The notes below the pieces were generated by a model, which searched no databases, was not told the origin of the DNA, and saw only the letters and a program-made list of their open reading frames with translations. Shown here in pieces: positions 1 through 14,700 of a DNA stretch of 64,000 nt. The stretch's first letter is position 1. The number at the start of each line of letters is the position of its first letter. The position numbers and the translations under genes were made by a program. Source of the stretch: Mustelus asterias (lineage: Eukaryota); assembly GCF_964213995.1 (NCBI RefSeq), contig NC_135808.1, positions 23,188,001 through 23,252,000 on the forward strand, given 5' to 3'.

Positions 1-479
1 GTTAGGGAAGAGAAAGGACTTGGGAGTGGGTACCCCTAATAATTATGTGTATCATGATTAAGTTAGTTACGTGTATTTCTCCTTCACTTCCTTGTGTCTT
101 TTCTTATTGAATACACAGTCATTTTATTTCATTTAAAATCACCAGGACGTCCTTCTCTGGTTCTCAGATCCTTCCTCAAAATAGACCAAATAACAAAATA
201 CAGTTCAGAGCAGGTCTTTCAAGATACCCATCTGGAACCTGAAATAACTGTAGCATCTAATATTAGCCGTGCCATTAAAAATGAATTAGTTAACAAACTT
301 GTTAAAAACTAGCTAACAGGCCTTTAGAGAGATACCACAATGAAATGAAACAAATGCAAATACAAACTATCAAAGAAATTTTCCTGCAAATGATGATGCT
401 CTTCTTGCCACTGTTCGGGTACTAAAATGAAACCCCAAGGTCTATTGTGAAGTTCGACTAGTCTCCAAGAATTTGCCAT

Positions 480-3330
480 TTTGGCATTAATGTGAGAAGA
501 AGATGTTTCACACCAGGTCTGATTCTATTGATGCTGGGAAGCTATTATCGAAACAACCTTTATTTAACAATACAGTGTAACTATAACAAATGAATCAGTT
601 ATCATTTAACATTTGAACAATACTTAAACATGGAAGGATAGATTGTAAACTAGTTCCAATTCAAGCAATGTTCCTCTTACAGACTTAAAATCCCCTTCAA
701 ACTCAATTAGCAAGCAACACACACTTAGGTCCTGGAACATGCTGACAGCCTGAGAGCTTTTGGAACACCTCTGGAAAGAGAGAGAGAGAGAGAGACCGCA
801 CAGTTATGGTCAGCAAATTGTTTCATTTTGTTTTGTAAAAAAAAAGAAACCTAGCACTGGCTTTCCTGCAAGCATAGCTCCTCTTATTAATTACATGGCT
901 GTCAATAAATCGAATCAAAACCCGACTCTGAAAGTCCAAGTGAAGCCTAAGTAAAGAAAAATACATTAACTATGTTTAGACAAAACACAGCATTAGCTAA
1001 AGTTTGTCATTATCCTACATTCTCAACATTTGACCTGCCGGTTGCCCAGACAAATTGGCACCGTATAAAACTGAGTCAACTTATAAACATACCACTTACA
1101 AGATGCATGATAAAACAACAATTCTTCAAGGCTCGTCAAACCTCCCTCCTTAAAAAATGAAACAACAGCATGAAAATTCGGCTTCACTTAGCACAATCTA
1201 TAGTTTTTACACTGATAGTACTCTGTGAATGGAGAAAGAATGACGACAGTGTTGTCAACAACAATAATGGCAATATTGGCTTCAACAAGCAATGGTTACT
1301 AAGAATTAAGCATTCGAGGATTTTTGGTCAAGCTATAACAGATGCAAGCTGTAAAGCTGCTGTTTCTGTGGTCTGATCTTTGAACTATGGCCTGAAACTT
1401 CCTGTGCGAACCAAATGTGGTGGAATGTTTGGATAAGGCTAGACTCTGGTATTTAGATTTTCTCCTATACATATATGGATTCGGCCAATGTGACCTACAT
1501 GACATTTGAACTAAGAATTGTGGAATTATTTGTGTGTACATCCATTGGCCAGGACGAACGAAGTGATCGGTTGCTTGATGCACCATTCGCTGACTGCCAC
1601 AGAACTTATTGGAAGGTTTGGGCAGTTTGCAGATTAAGAGATATTCAGCCCTTTATCTCCAGCGAAAACTCAGATCAGCTGTCGCAAGTGTGCCCTGAAA
1701 AACACCTTCAGAGAATGACCACAGGGACAGATTCTACATCGGGAATGGACCTGGCCATTATGATCTAAACCGGATAGTATATGGTTTCAGTTAAAAATGT
1801 TCAGTTGAGAGTTAATGTTCAATGAAACAATTAAAGTGTTGCAACTGTCGTAAGTTTAAGTTTGGTAACTAAAATATTGAATGAATGGAAATTTGCTTAA
1901 GAGAATCTGGGTCGACTCCGGTCCTTGGCTTGTCCCATTAAACTAAATGTTTGGAAAGAGTTTAAATTAATGGCTCAACAACAACTCTATAAAGTATATA
2001 TACATTTTATTGCAACGAAGTAGACAAATTTAATAGTAGTATGCTCGAACTCACTTCTTTTCCAACATTGAACATTCCTTCTTCATTCATGAAAAGTAAT
2101 AAGAAAACGTTGGCAATCGCATTCCCTCTTCCTGCCACCTGTATAATTTTCAAATGAAGTGGCTGTAAAAATAAACTCCATTTCAACATTTTTTCTATTC
2201 TCATCGTTAAATTTCTCCAGGAACTTCGATGCATTATTGTCAGTATAACTATCGTTTCTGATGAATCGCTGGCAACATAAATGTTTAAAAGTTGCAATGC
2301 CAAGCCGAGCTCAATGGGCGGGGCTTTCCGCCCGTGCTCGCCCCTAAAACGGAGAATTCTAGCCAAGGCCAACGGACCTTTCCATGCCCACCAGCGCCTC
2401 CCCGCCGCCGCCCCCGCCGCCGCCCCCCCCCCCCCCCCCCCCGCGCCGCCCTCGCTACAATTCCCGTGGTTGATGGGAGGGGAAGTTTCCCTCAATGCAT
2501 CTTTCTCAATGATGGATATTGAGCTTTCTGGGAAAATGCTCAAAATATATTTCTGTTCTTTCATCTTTTAAACAGCAGCAACACCCAAATCGCTTGCATC
2601 AATGGCCACATAGAATGTTTTTGCATAACTTGGTGTCGGCTGAACGGGTACTGTGGTTAACATATCTTTCAGATTGTCAAATGCCTGCTGACATTTTCTG
2701 TGAATTTCCAGCAGGTCTATCAATGAGGCCAACACAGTGCGAAGATTTGGCACGAATTCATTGTAAAAACCATTCACACTCAGTAATCTCTGTATTTCCC
2801 TTTCCGTCGATGGTATAATCCTGACTATTGTCCTAACATTGTCTTTGAAGTTTGGTGGCAGCATTCCAACACTCCCTGTGCTTTTGGCTGATACAGAGTT
2901 GATTTAAACTTCTTGACTTTTAAGCATTCCATAATTTCCCTGAATAATTTAAACCGCTAAATGACCTCGGACTGGAACATTATGCGCGACCTGCAAACAC
3001 CTCCTTTGTTTAACACGCCGGTAATATAACTTGATGAATCTCTGCCCATTTTCATCCGCCTGAACATGTAAATATCTCGACTTCATCACTAGGACATCAT
3101 TTTTAATAATGGCACCAGCAAACCGTCAGATTAATCTTCTGTGTGTGATTCCTCTTGCAACTGCTTCATCTCTTCATTTTTCTGGTGTAATTCTGCCACC
3201 TTTCCTGAACTAAAGATATCCGCTTCAGCTCTTGTTCTTTCTCAACCATCTGGTCAAAAAACAATTCTGAAAACAAAACGTTAATCTCCTTATCTTTACT
3301 CATTCATTTCTCCTCCTCTCGTCTCAACCT
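480..3330 (-). mobile_element. Highly degenerate LTR retrotransposon (Gypsy-like) remnant
   Basis: ORF 2568-2864 ends FYVAIDASDLGVAAV (RNase H-like). The adjoining 480-1045 is LTR-like. Boundaries are approximate. Confidence 0.5.
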
Positions 3331-3359
3331 GTGTCTTTGTGAACTTTATTGACAGTTTG

Positions 3360-3726
3360 ATTTTTATTTGTGTCACAAGCAGGCTTACAATTACACTGCA
3401 ATGAAGTTACTGTGAAAACCGCCTGGTCACCACACTCAGTTGCCTGTTCGGGTGCACTGAGAGAGAATTTCGCATTCCCAGTGCAACCTAACTAGCAAGT
3501 ATTTGGAACTTTGCGAGGAAACAGAGCACCCGGCGAAAACACGCATAGATATGGCGGGAGGGGGTGGGGGCAGGGAGGGTGGGGCGGGGGGAGGCGTGGG
3601 GGTGCGGGGGGCGCGGCGCGGGCAACATGCAGACTCCGTGCAGACAGTGACCCAAGCCGGGAATCAATCCCGAGTGCCTGGCGCTGTGAGGCAGCAGTGT
3701 GAACCATTGTGACATCCTGCCGCCCC
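3360..3726 (-). mobile_element. tRNA-derived SINE with alternative tail and GC-rich insert
   Basis: Same head as HE1-like copies; tail gtaacttcattgcagtg...aagcctgcttgtgacac. Confidence 0.7.
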
Positions 3727-5934
3727 TTTACTTCAGCTGCACTTAATTCTACTGTTCAGCCAGGAATTTACTTCTGAAGCTGAGTAGTCCTCTCTGGGTG
3801 GCAGCAATGTGGCCTTGGATGTACTGCCCTCCTCAAATGTTGCAATTTGTTCCATAAGTCAAGTGGGGCAATTGATTCAATGTATTTTTAAAATGATGCA
3901 ACAACTCCAAGCAATTTTATCACTCGGAGTCATACAGAACCTCAAACCAAACATCACTTCACATTGTTACAGCCTATTCTCATTGTTCAGGGGAAGGTGG
4001 TGTTGAACCATCTTAGGACGCTACTGCAGTTCAGCTGGCAGTTCGTCAGGGAGTATCAGGATGCGAATGAAGTAACCGTAGGAACAGTGAAATAGGTCCC
4101 AATCTATATGGTGTGTGGTTTGGAGATGTCATTGCAGGTGATTTGATTCCATGCAGTTGCTGACCTTCTCATTCCAGATGGTAAAGTTATTAGCTTTGGA
4201 CTGAGCTGCAGACAGAGAGACGAAAGTTGTTCCAGTGCATCCTGTATATGTGCACACCATAGCAACCGTGCACTGGTGAGGATGGATTGAACCTTTATGG
4301 TGACTGAATGGGTCACGTCCTGTGTCGTGAGGAACTTTTTGAGTGTTGGTGGAATCACTTTCATCCGAGCAAATGGAGATTGTTCAATCAGACTCCTGAC
4401 TTGTGCCTTGCAGAAGGTGGACTGTGTTTGAGGAGCCAGGTTGTGATCTGCTCACTGCAGCATACCCAACTCCGGCTGCACGTGTATCCACAGAATGATG
4501 GCACTTCAGAGACGCTTCCGAAATGATGGTCATTGCCTGGCACTTGTGTGTCACAATGTGATATTCCACTAATCAGCCCATGTCAGAATTGTGACTATTC
4601 CTATGGAAGCGGACTTCTTCAGTATTTGAAGTCGCATGAAGAGTACTATGAATTGGTGAACTACTAGCCAACACTCCGGTTTAGATCCCATGATGGTAGA
4701 GAAGGTAGACAATAATGCAGCCGAAGATAGTTGGCCCTAGAACACTATGCCTTGAATTCAGATCTTTGCCCATGTTTGACCGCGGCTATAATTAGGTCAG
4801 GAGCCAAACGGTTCCGGCAGGGCCCACACTGAGCAGAAGTGAGCAAGTTTATGTTGAGCACGTCCTGATTGATAGCGTTGTCACAAATATCTTGAATCAT
4901 TGCTGAGGACAAAGATTAATTGGCCGGATTGAATGATTTCTCCTCTTTGTTGACCGGAACATTGGACCTCAGTGATAGAGCATGCAGGCCTGAGAGCCTG
5001 CTCAACCATTCACTAAGATCATCGGGCGATCTCACCTTCACTTTGCCATCTGCCCCCTCCCCACTCACTCCTATAACCCTCGACTCTAATGTCTATCAAA
5101 GATGTGTCCAACTCTGTCTTGAATAAAGGCGATGACCCAGATTCCATTGCACTCTTGTGAAGAACATTCCAGATAAAAATGACAAATTGAGTGAAAACAA
5201 ATTCGCCTAATCTCCACCTGAAATGCTTGGCCACTTATTTATAAATAGTGTTCCATAGTTCTGTTCTCTCCCAAAGGTGCCGCCTCAGCAATGCCATGCA
5301 CAGTTGCAGTAATATTTTCCTACATTTATATTCCATTCCCCCCGCAATAAACACCAATATTATATATGCTTTCCGAATCACTTGCTGAATCTGCAGGTAC
5401 CTTTGCTTTATGCATGTAGCAGGACACCCCAGTCTCTCTGTCCCTCCGAGTTTTGCCAACTTTCTCCATTTAAATTATATCCTGCCACGTGGACAAATTC
5501 CTATTTCCAACATTGTACTCGAGCCATTTTATGCCCGCTCACTTCACCAGACTTCAAAATGGATCCCTTTGATTGCAGGACATGTCTTGGAAATTGTCAG
5601 TTAAGTTCACCCTTCCCCGAGTGCCCACGCCTGCGATCTGGAAATGAAAACCCTGTTTTCAGGGTTTTCACACCACCCTTTGAGACATGAGTTGAATGTT
5701 CTAATGAGCTCTGTATCACATGCCCACTTTGCCTCTGGCCATGAGCGGGCAGCCAGCGCGACATTCAGAGCACCCGATTTGAAGGTAATTTGAGGGAAAA
5801 GATGAAATTCATTCTGAAATCCGTTGCAAGCTTTTTGTAGCAACTCAACTCTCCGATCCACGCCCAACAACCCTGCCCTGCCGCCCCCCCCCCCCCCCCC
5901 CCCCCGACCCTTCCCCACTCCCCGCCACTCCTTT

Positions 5935-6258
5935 CTACAGCGCCAGGGACCCGGTTTTGATTCCGTTCTCGGGTCACTGACTGTGTAGAGTCTGCACATT
6001 CTCACGGTGTCTGAGTGGGTTTCCTCCAGGTGCCCCGCTAACCTCCCACAGTCGAACGTTGTGCAGGTTAGGTGGATTGGCAACTCTAAATTGCCTGTCA
6101 GTGTTCAAACATTTGTAGATTAGATGGATAAGCCATGGTAAATGTGTGGGGTTGCAGAGATAATGTGGGGAAAGGGCTGGGTACGGTACTCTATCAGAGA
6201 GATTCGGTGCAGAATCGATGGGCCGAATGGCCTCCTTCTGCACTGTCGGGATTCTATG
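5935..6258 (+). mobile_element. tRNA-derived SINE
   Basis: Body cactg..tgtgtagagtctgcacattctc and a CR1-like tail. Confidence 0.75.
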
Positions 6259-6596
6259 AAATACTGTTACTGTCTGCTGTATCACCGTCTAATTTTCTTT
6301 GCAGCTTCCGTGTCGTCAAGAATTGTACCATCCTTGCATTTTTATGTGCATTTATTTATTTGGATATTGTCTCTTTTCTGTTCATCCTCCACAGCTGTTC
6401 TGGTTGGAAGCTACACCTCTTGATCTTTCGGGCCATAAGCTTGTTCTGAATCATGTTGAATTCATTTATTTGCATCTTCTTATTTCCTAGCATTTTAAAC
6501 ATTATCAGATTTCACACTTTGAGTGGACAGTGTTTGAGATTTGGCATCCTCCTGATCTGAGCCTCGGATCTTAATGTCTGTTTTGCACATTATCAT

Positions 6597-6942
6597 AGAA
6601 ATAGAAAGAATTATAGAAACCCTACAGTGCAGAAGGAGGCCATTCGGCCCATCGAGTCTGCACCGACCACAATCCCACCCAGGCCCGACCCTCACATATT
6701 TACCTGCTAATCCCTCTAATCTACGCATCTCAGGACTCTAAGGGGCAATTTTTAACCTGGCCAATCAACCTAACCCGCACATCTTTGGACCCTGGGAGGA
6801 AACCGGAGCACCCGGAGGAAACCCACGCAGACACGAGGAGAATGTGCAAACTCCACACAGACAGTGACCCGAGCCGGGAATCGAACCCGGGACCCTGGAG
6901 CTGTGAAGCAGCAGTGCTAACCACTGTGCTACCGTGCCGCCC
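6597..6942 (-). mobile_element. tRNA-derived SINE (HE1-like) with CR1-type tail
   Basis: A box TAGCACAGTGG, B box GGTTCGATTCC, and a 3' end gggccgaatggcctccttctgcactg..ttctat resembling the LINE tails. Confidence 0.88.
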
Positions 6943-7483
6943 GTCGCCGTCTCCCCACTTACCCCCACCACCGTGCTTCTAAACATTCCATTAATTGAAT
7001 TCTATTCGAAGACAAGGAATGGGAACCAACTGGTTGGAGTCATACCTTGCACAAAACAAGATGGTTGTGATGGTTGTATGTCAATCACCTCAGTTCCACG
7101 TCATCTCTGCAGGATACACTCAGGGTGCAGTTCCAGGCCTTACCATATTCAGCTGCCTCCTTCTGTCAGCTTCCTTACATTAACTGGAAATGTTTGCTGA
7201 TGATTGCACAATGTTCAGCGCCATCCAGGACTCTGCAGATACTGAAGCTTTAACTACCTAAATGGAGCAAGACCTGAACAATGTATAGGCTTCAGTTGAC
7301 AGCTGGTAAGAATCGCCTCTCGTAAGTTCCAGGCAATGACTATCTCCAACAAGAGTTAGACCATAAGACCATAATACCATCAGAGCTTACCTCACAATCG
7401 CCCCTAATGTTCAATTGTATTTCCATCGCTGAATCCCCCACAAGCAACATCCTGGGTTTTCGATTGATGAGAGATTGAACTAT

Positions 7484-9521
7484 TAGAACAAAGAACAAAG
7501 AACAATACAGCACAGGAACAGGCCCTTCGGCCCTCCAAGCCCACGCCGCTCCCCGGTCCAGGATTGAATCCTGAATCCAGGATCCCCGCCCAATTTTCCA
7601 GCCTATCTACATACCAATATCCTATCCACCGAGCTGTCCCTCACAGTTACGATGCTTTGTTCATTACAACCTATTAACTCACCCCCACCCCCCCCATTCC
7701 AGACCATGTGATCTCCAGGGAGAGGCGAAAACCCAGAGTGAAAAACCCCAGGGCCAATATGGGGAAAAAAAAAATCTGGGAAATTCCTATCCGACCCCCT
7801 GAGGCGATCGAAACGAGTCCAGGAGATCACAATGGCCCTGATCGGAAAATGCTTCCCAACCCTAGTCATTTCCACTTCCACGAACACCATATGAATTCCC
7901 TGCCCCCGAGACAGGTTCTCAACTATCCGCAGTCTCGCTCTGTACTGGCACCAGCAAGATGATCATAGAATGAAGCCTTGAAACGAGAAACAAGGAACAA
8001 TTAGCCCGCGCCGCTCCCTGGTCCAAACTAGACCACTCTTTTGTATCCCTCCTTCCCACTCCGTTCATATAGCTGTCTAGATAAGTCTTAAACGTTCCCA
8101 GTGTGTCCGCCTCCACCACCTTGCCCGGCAACACATTCCAGGCCCCCACGACCCTCTGTGTGAAATATGTCCTTCTGATATCTGTGTTAAACCTCCCCCC
8201 CTTCACCTTGAACCTATGACCCCTCGTGAACGTCACCACCGACCCGGGGAAAAGCTTCCCACCGTTCACCCTATCCATGTCTTTCATAATTTTATACACC
8301 TCTATTAAGTCTCCCCTCATCCTCCGTCTTTCCAAGGAGAACAACCCCAGTTTCCCCAATCTCTCCTCATAACCAAGCCCCTCCATACCAGGCAACATCC
8401 TGGTAAACCTCCTCTGTACTCTCTCCAAAGCCTCCACGTCCTTCTGGTAGTGTGGCGACCAGAACTGGACGCAGTATTCCAAATGCGGCCGAACCAACGT
8501 TCTATACATCTGCAACATCAGACCCCAACTTTTATACTCTATGCCCCGTCCTATAAAGGCAAGCATGCCATATGCCTTCTTCACCACCTTCTCCACCTGT
8601 GACGTCACCTTCAAAGATCTGTGGACTTGCACACCCAGGTCCCTCTGCGTCTCTACGCCCTTTATGGTTCTTCCATTTATCGTGTAGCTCCTCCCTACAT
8701 TATTCCCACCAAAATGCATCACTTCGCATTTATCAGGATTGAACTCCATCTGCCATTTCCTTGCCCAAATTTCCAGCCTATCTATATCCTTCTGTAGCCT
8801 CTGACTATGTTCCTCACTGTCTGCAAGTCCTGCCAGTTTTGTGTCGTCTACAAACTTACTGATCACCCCAGTTACTCCTTCTTCCAGATCATTTATATAA
8901 ATCACAAACAGCAGAGGTCCCAATACAGAGCCCTGCGGTACACCACTAGTCACAGGCCTCCAGCCGGAAAAAGACCCTTCCACTACCACCCTCTGTCTTC
9001 TATGACCAAGCCAGTTCTCCACCCATCTAGCCACCTCCCCCTTTATCCCATGGGATCCAACCTTTTTCACTAGCCTACCATGAGGGACTTTGTCAAATGC
9101 TTTACTAAAGTCCATATAGACAACATCCACGGCCCTTCCTTCGTCAACCATTTTGGTCACTTCTTCAAAAAACACCACCAGGTTAGTGAGGCATGACCTC
9201 CCTCTCACAAAACCATGTTGACTATCGTTAATGAGTTTATTCCTTTCTAAATGCGCATACATCCTATCTTTAAGAATCTTCTCCAACAACTTCCCCACCA
9301 CGGACGTCAAGCTCACCGGCCTATAATTACCCGGGTTATCCTTCCTACCCTTCTTAAATAACGGGACCACATTGGCTATCCTCCAATCCTCTGGGACCTC
9401 ACCTGTGTCCAGTGACGAGACAAAGATTTGCGTCAGAGGCCCAACGATTTCACCTCTCGTCTCCCTGAGCAGCCTTGGATAGATTCCATCAGGCCCTGGG
9501 GATTTGTCAGTCTTTATATTC
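7484..9521 (-). mobile_element. CR1-clade LINE (shark HER1-like), 5'-truncated, RT ORF 7919-9370
   Basis: PGNYRPVSLTS, DFSKAFDKVPH, GVPQGSVLGP and FVDD motifs; (TTCTTTG)n tail at 7485-7505. Confidence 0.95.
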
Positions 9522-10416
9522 TAGCCATACAAAAACTGTGGCAACAAGAACAGGTCAGAGGGTAGGAATGCTGTAATGAGTAATTAACCTCCTGAATTCC
9601 CAACGCCTGTCCACCATTGACAGGTCACACATCAAGAGTGTAATGGCATACTGTCCATTTGTCAGGGTCAATGCAGCTCCAGAAATGCTCAAGTAATTTG
9701 GCCTCATCCAGGACTGAGCAGCAATTTGATTGATCCCACTTCCATAAATATTCACTCCCTCCACCACCGACACACATTATAAGTTGTGCGTACCAAAATG
9801 CACTGCAAAGATTCACCAAGCTTCTTTTGGCAGCACATTTCAAACCCACCACCACTTCCGTCCAAGGAAACAAGAGAAACTGATACCTGGGAGCACCTCC
9901 ACTTGGAGGTTCCCCTCCAAGCCACTTAACATCCTGATTTGGCCATATGTCGCAGTTTCTTCACAGATGAACACGCTGGAACTCCATTCCTAACAACGCT
10001 GTTGGCGTTCCTCCACCTCAGGGACGGCAGCGGTAAGAAGGCAGCTCACCACCATCTTCTCAAGGGCAAGTGTGAGTGGGTAATAAATGGTGGCCTCGTG
10101 AACCATGCCCAGACCCCATAAATGACTTAAAAAGCACCATGCCCTCCAAGTCAACTACGTGCCTGAATTTAATAGTTTCTTATTGTACAAGCATTTTCAT
10201 GAAGGAAGTGTATTTGGGCCAAAAAGCCTCACTTGTCCTTCTGCTATGAAGTTTCATTCACATATTTCCTGTTCTTCTCCCCGAGATCAATTACTTTACA
10301 TCCAAACGTTTCCCTTTTAACAGTGTTGCTCAGAGCATAATTTCTAACTGCCTTTCTACTCTTTTCTCTTTCGTTTGTTCTTGATCAACTCATTTTTTCT
10401 TCATTGTTTCCTGTAC

Positions 10417-11563
10417 ATGCAGATGTATGGGATTGGGGGTGATGCAGAAAATGCAGATGTATGGGATTGGGGGTGATCTAGGAAATTGGATCAGGAATTG
10501 GCTAGCGGATAGGAAACAGAGGGTGGTGGTTGATAGTAAATATTCATCATGGAGTGCGGTTACAAGTGGTGTACCTCAGGGATCTGTTTTGGGGCCACTG
10601 CTGTTTGTAATATTTATTAATGATCTGGATGAGGGTATAGTTGGGTGGATTAGCAAATTTGCTGATGACACCAAAGTTGGTGGTGTGGTAGACAGTGAGG
10701 AAGGGTGTCGTAGTTTGCAGGAAGACTTAGACAGGTTGCAAAGTTGGGCCGAGAGGTGGCGGATGGAGTTTAATGCGGAGAAGTGTGAGGTAATTCACTT
10801 TGGTAGGAATAACAGATGTGTTGAGTATAGGGCTAACGGGAGGACTTTGAATAGTGTGGAGGAGCAGAGGGATCTAGGTGTATGTGTGCATAGATCCCTG
10901 AAAGTTGGGAATCAAGTAGATAAGGTTGTTAAGAAGGCATATGGTGTCTTGGCGTTTATTGGTAGGGGGATTGAATTTAGGAGTCGTAGCGTTATGTTGC
11001 AACTGTACACAACTCTGGTGCGGCCGCACTTGGAGTACTGTGTGCAGTTCTGGTCCCCACATTACAGGAAGGATGTGGAGGCTTTGGAGAGGGTGCAGAG
11101 GAGGTTTACCAGGATGTTGCCTGGTATGGAGGGGAGATCCTATGAGGAGAGGCTGAGGGATTTGGGATTGTTTTCGCTGGAAAGGCGGCGGCTAAGAGGG
11201 GATCTTATTGAAACATATAAGATGATTAGAGGTTTAGATAGGGTGGATAGTGATAGCCTTTTTCCTCTGATGGAGAAATCCAGCACGAGGGGGCATGGCT
11301 TTAAATTGAGGGGGGGTAGTTATAGAACCGATGTCAGGGGTAGGTTCTTTACCCAGAGGGTGGTGAGGGATTGGAATGCCCTGCCAGCATCAGTAGTAAA
11401 TGCGCCTAGTTTGGGGGCGTTTAAGAGATCCGTAGATAGGTTCATGGACGAAAAGAAATTGGTTTAGGTTGGAGGGTCACAGTTTTTTTTTAACTGGTCG
11501 GTGCAACATCGTGGGCCGAAGGGCCTGTTCTGCGCTGTAATGTTCTATGTTCTATGTTCTATG
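10417..11563 (+). mobile_element. CR1-clade LINE 3' fragment, RT ORF 10427-11467
   Basis: GVPQGSVLGP, FADD and RPHLEYCVQFWSP motifs; (TTCTATG)n tail; 27-bp tandem duplication at the 5' junction. Confidence 0.95.
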
Positions 11564-12116
11564 TATATTTAAGTATGTATATTTGTTCATGGGATGTAGG
11601 CATTGTCAATCACTAATTGCAATCGAATGAACTGACGTGCTGCGGCCATTTCAGAGGACAGTTAAGTGTTCATTACATTCTTGTGAATCTCGATTCACAT
11701 GTTGGACAGACTATGTAAGGACGGCAGACTTCCTTACCTGAAAGGATATTAGTGAACTGATGGGTTATTGTGACAACTCATGATAGTTCAATAGCCAGCA
11801 TTACTTACACAAGGTTCAATTCCAGATTTAGTAAATAATTGAATTTTGTTTCCACCAGCTGCCATGGTTGGATTTCAGTAGATATCACCACAGCATTAAC
11901 CGAGGCCGTTGGATTATGAGGCAATTAGGTCAACATCGCCTCCCATATTCGCTGTTTAACTTCTTTCACCTGGGCACTCTCTTTCACCTCCTGGTTTAAT
12001 CTCTTCGTAACCACCTTATTTTCTTTTTCTGCGAGGACACTACTCCCAGTCCCATTAACGTGGCGACGCTGCAGTCCCAGGCTGTCCAAATGTTATTGTC
12101 TGTGCCCCATGACATG

Positions 12117-13920
12117 AGAAACATAGAAACATAGAAAAACTACAGCACAAAACAGGCCCTTCGGCCCCACAAATTGTGCCGAACATATCCCTGCCTTTTA
12201 GGTCTACCTATAACCCTCCATCCTATTAAGTCCCATGTACTCATCCAGGAGTCTCTTAAAAGACCCTATTGAGTTTGCCTCCACCACCATTGACGGCAGC
12301 CGATTCCACTCGCCTACCACCCTCTGTGTGAAAAACTTCCCCCAAACATTTCCCCTGTACCTACCCCACAGCACCTTAAACCTGTGTCCTCTTGTCGCAG
12401 CTATTTCTACCCTGGAAAAAAGCCTCTGAGAGTCCACCCGATTTATGCCTCTCAACATCTTATACACCTTTATTCGGTACCCTCTCATCCTACGTCTCGC
12501 CAAGGAGAAAACGCCGAGCGCCCTCAGCCTATCCTCATAAGGCATGCCACTCAATCCAGGCAACATCCTTGTAAATCTCCTCTGCACCCTTTCAATCTTT
12601 TCCACATCCTTCCTGTACTGAGGCGACCAGAACTGAGCACAGTACTCCAAGTGGGGTCTGACGAGGGTCTTATTTAGCTGCATCATTATCCCCAGACTCC
12701 GAAACTCGATCCCTCGATTGATAAAGGCCAGCACACCATACACCTTCTTAACCACCTCCTCCACCTGCGGGGCCGATTTTAGAGTCCTATAGACCCGGAC
12801 CCCAAGGTCCTTCTGATCCTCTACAGTACTAAGAGTCTTTCCCTTTACATTGTACTCTTTCATCCCATTTGACCTGCCAAAATGGACCACGACGCATTTA
12901 TCTGGGTTGAAGTCCATCTGCCACTTTTCCGCCCAGTCTTGCATCCAATCTCTGTCCCTCTGTAACTTCTGACATCCCTCCAGACTATCCACAACCCCAC
13001 CAACCTTCGTGTCGTCGGCAAACGTACCAACCCATCCCTCCACTTCCTCATCCATGTCATTTATGAAAATGACAAACAGCAAGGGTCCCAGAACAGATCC
13101 CTGGGGCACACCACTGGTGACCGACCTCCATTTAGAAATAGACCCATCTATACACACTCTCTGCCTCCTTTGGGCAAGCCAGTTCTGGATCCACAGGGCA
13201 GCAGCCCCTTGGATCCCATGCCCTCTCACTTTTTCTCGAAGCCTTGCATGGGGCACCTCATCGAACGCCTTGCTAAAATCCATATAAACCACGTCTACTG
13301 CTTTCCCTTCGTCAATGTGTTTAGTCACATTTTCGAAGAACTCCACCAGGCTCGTAAGGCACGATCTGCCTTTGACAAAGCCATGCTGAGTATTCTTGAA
13401 CATACTAAACCTCTCTAAATGCTCATAAATATTGTCCCTCAGGATCTTCTCCATCAGCTTACCAACCACTGAGGTTAGACTCACCGGTCAGTAATTTCCT
13501 TGGCTATCCCTATTGCCCTTCTTGAAAATAGGAACCACATCCGCAATCCTCCAATCCTCCGGCACCTCTCCCGTCTCCATCGACGACGCAAAGATCATCA
13601 CCAGAGGCTCTGCAATCTCTTCCCTCGCATCCCACAGTAACCGGCGTACATGCCATCCGGACCCGGCGACTTATCTATCTTGATGCCATTCAAAGATTCC
13701 AGCATAACCTCTTTGTTAAAGTCCACATATTCAATCTTTTCAGTCCACCGCAAGCCCGCAGTACATCCACCCAGGTCCTTCTCCTCTGTGAAAACCGAGG
13801 CAAAATACTCATTAAGCCCCTCTACCATTTCTACTGGTTCTGTACAGACTTTCCCGCCTTCACCTTTTATAGGCCCTATTCCTTCACGCCTCATCCTTTT
13901 ACTCTTCACATATTTATAGA
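12117..13920 (-). mobile_element. CR1-clade LINE, 5'-truncated
   Basis: RT ORF 12204-13484 and upstream ORF 13598-14017 (KSPGPDG); (TTTCTATG)n tail. Confidence 0.95.
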
Positions 13921-14274
13921 AATGAGATAATCCTTTGCCAAACCATTTATTCAGTGACTCTTTTACCTGGATAATCTTTAGATCACTCTGATAGGTTTCA
14001 CGTGACTCGGCTAACAATTAAGATATTATCACTGTTGAGGTCATGTTTCGATTTAGCTCCTACTTTGTTGTCTTCAAGCAGGATCTTTCTCCTATTCTTT
14101 TCATTCTTCTTGATGGGTCACAGTGATTGGATGTTCCTCCCGAAAGTTCACGTTGTTCTCCAGCCATGATGGAACCTTCGGAGACCTGGCACTGGTTCGC
14201 AAATGCAAGCCTTCCTGCTCCCAATTACATTGCAGAAAATAATTCGTTTTAGTGGCTCTATTAACTTGTGGGTT

Positions 14275-14700
14275 CGTGTTAGTTGGAGGGATTGTATTAG
14301 TTTGAGGGTCTGTATTTGAGCATCTATATTACTTTGAGGGGCTATATTGGTTGGAGGGACTGTTCTGATTTGAGGGTCTTTATTCGTTTGATGTCCTTTA
14401 TTAGTTTTAAGGACTGTAGTGTTTGAGGTGCTGTAGTTGATTGAGGGTCTTTATTTTTTGCTGATCTTGCTTCGTTTGAGGGACTGTATCAGATTGAGGT
14501 TCTGTATTCGTTTGAGGGACCATATCAAGATGAGGCAATCTCCCCGTGTGAGGGACTGTATTCGTTGAAATGTTGTCCTGATTTGATCGGCCACTGTAAG
14601 TTTGGGGTATTGTATCCTTTGAACTGCTCCATCATTTCGAGCAATTTCAAGCAATATTAGCTGAAGTTGCTGCATTATATTCAAGTCCTGTATTCGAGTA
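14275..14700. repeat. Degenerate ~21-bp tandem repeat
   Basis: Recurrent tttgagggNctgtatt motif at roughly 21-nt spacing. Confidence 0.7.

Noticed and set aside
2007-2564. 185-aa ORF with a Gly/Ala run
   Set aside because: It spans a GC-rich ~180-bp insertion (flanked by ctcaatg repeats) inside a decayed retroelement and has no recognisable domain.
6870-6942. tRNA-like A and B boxes
   Set aside because: These are SINE heads followed by SINE body and tail, not tRNA genes.
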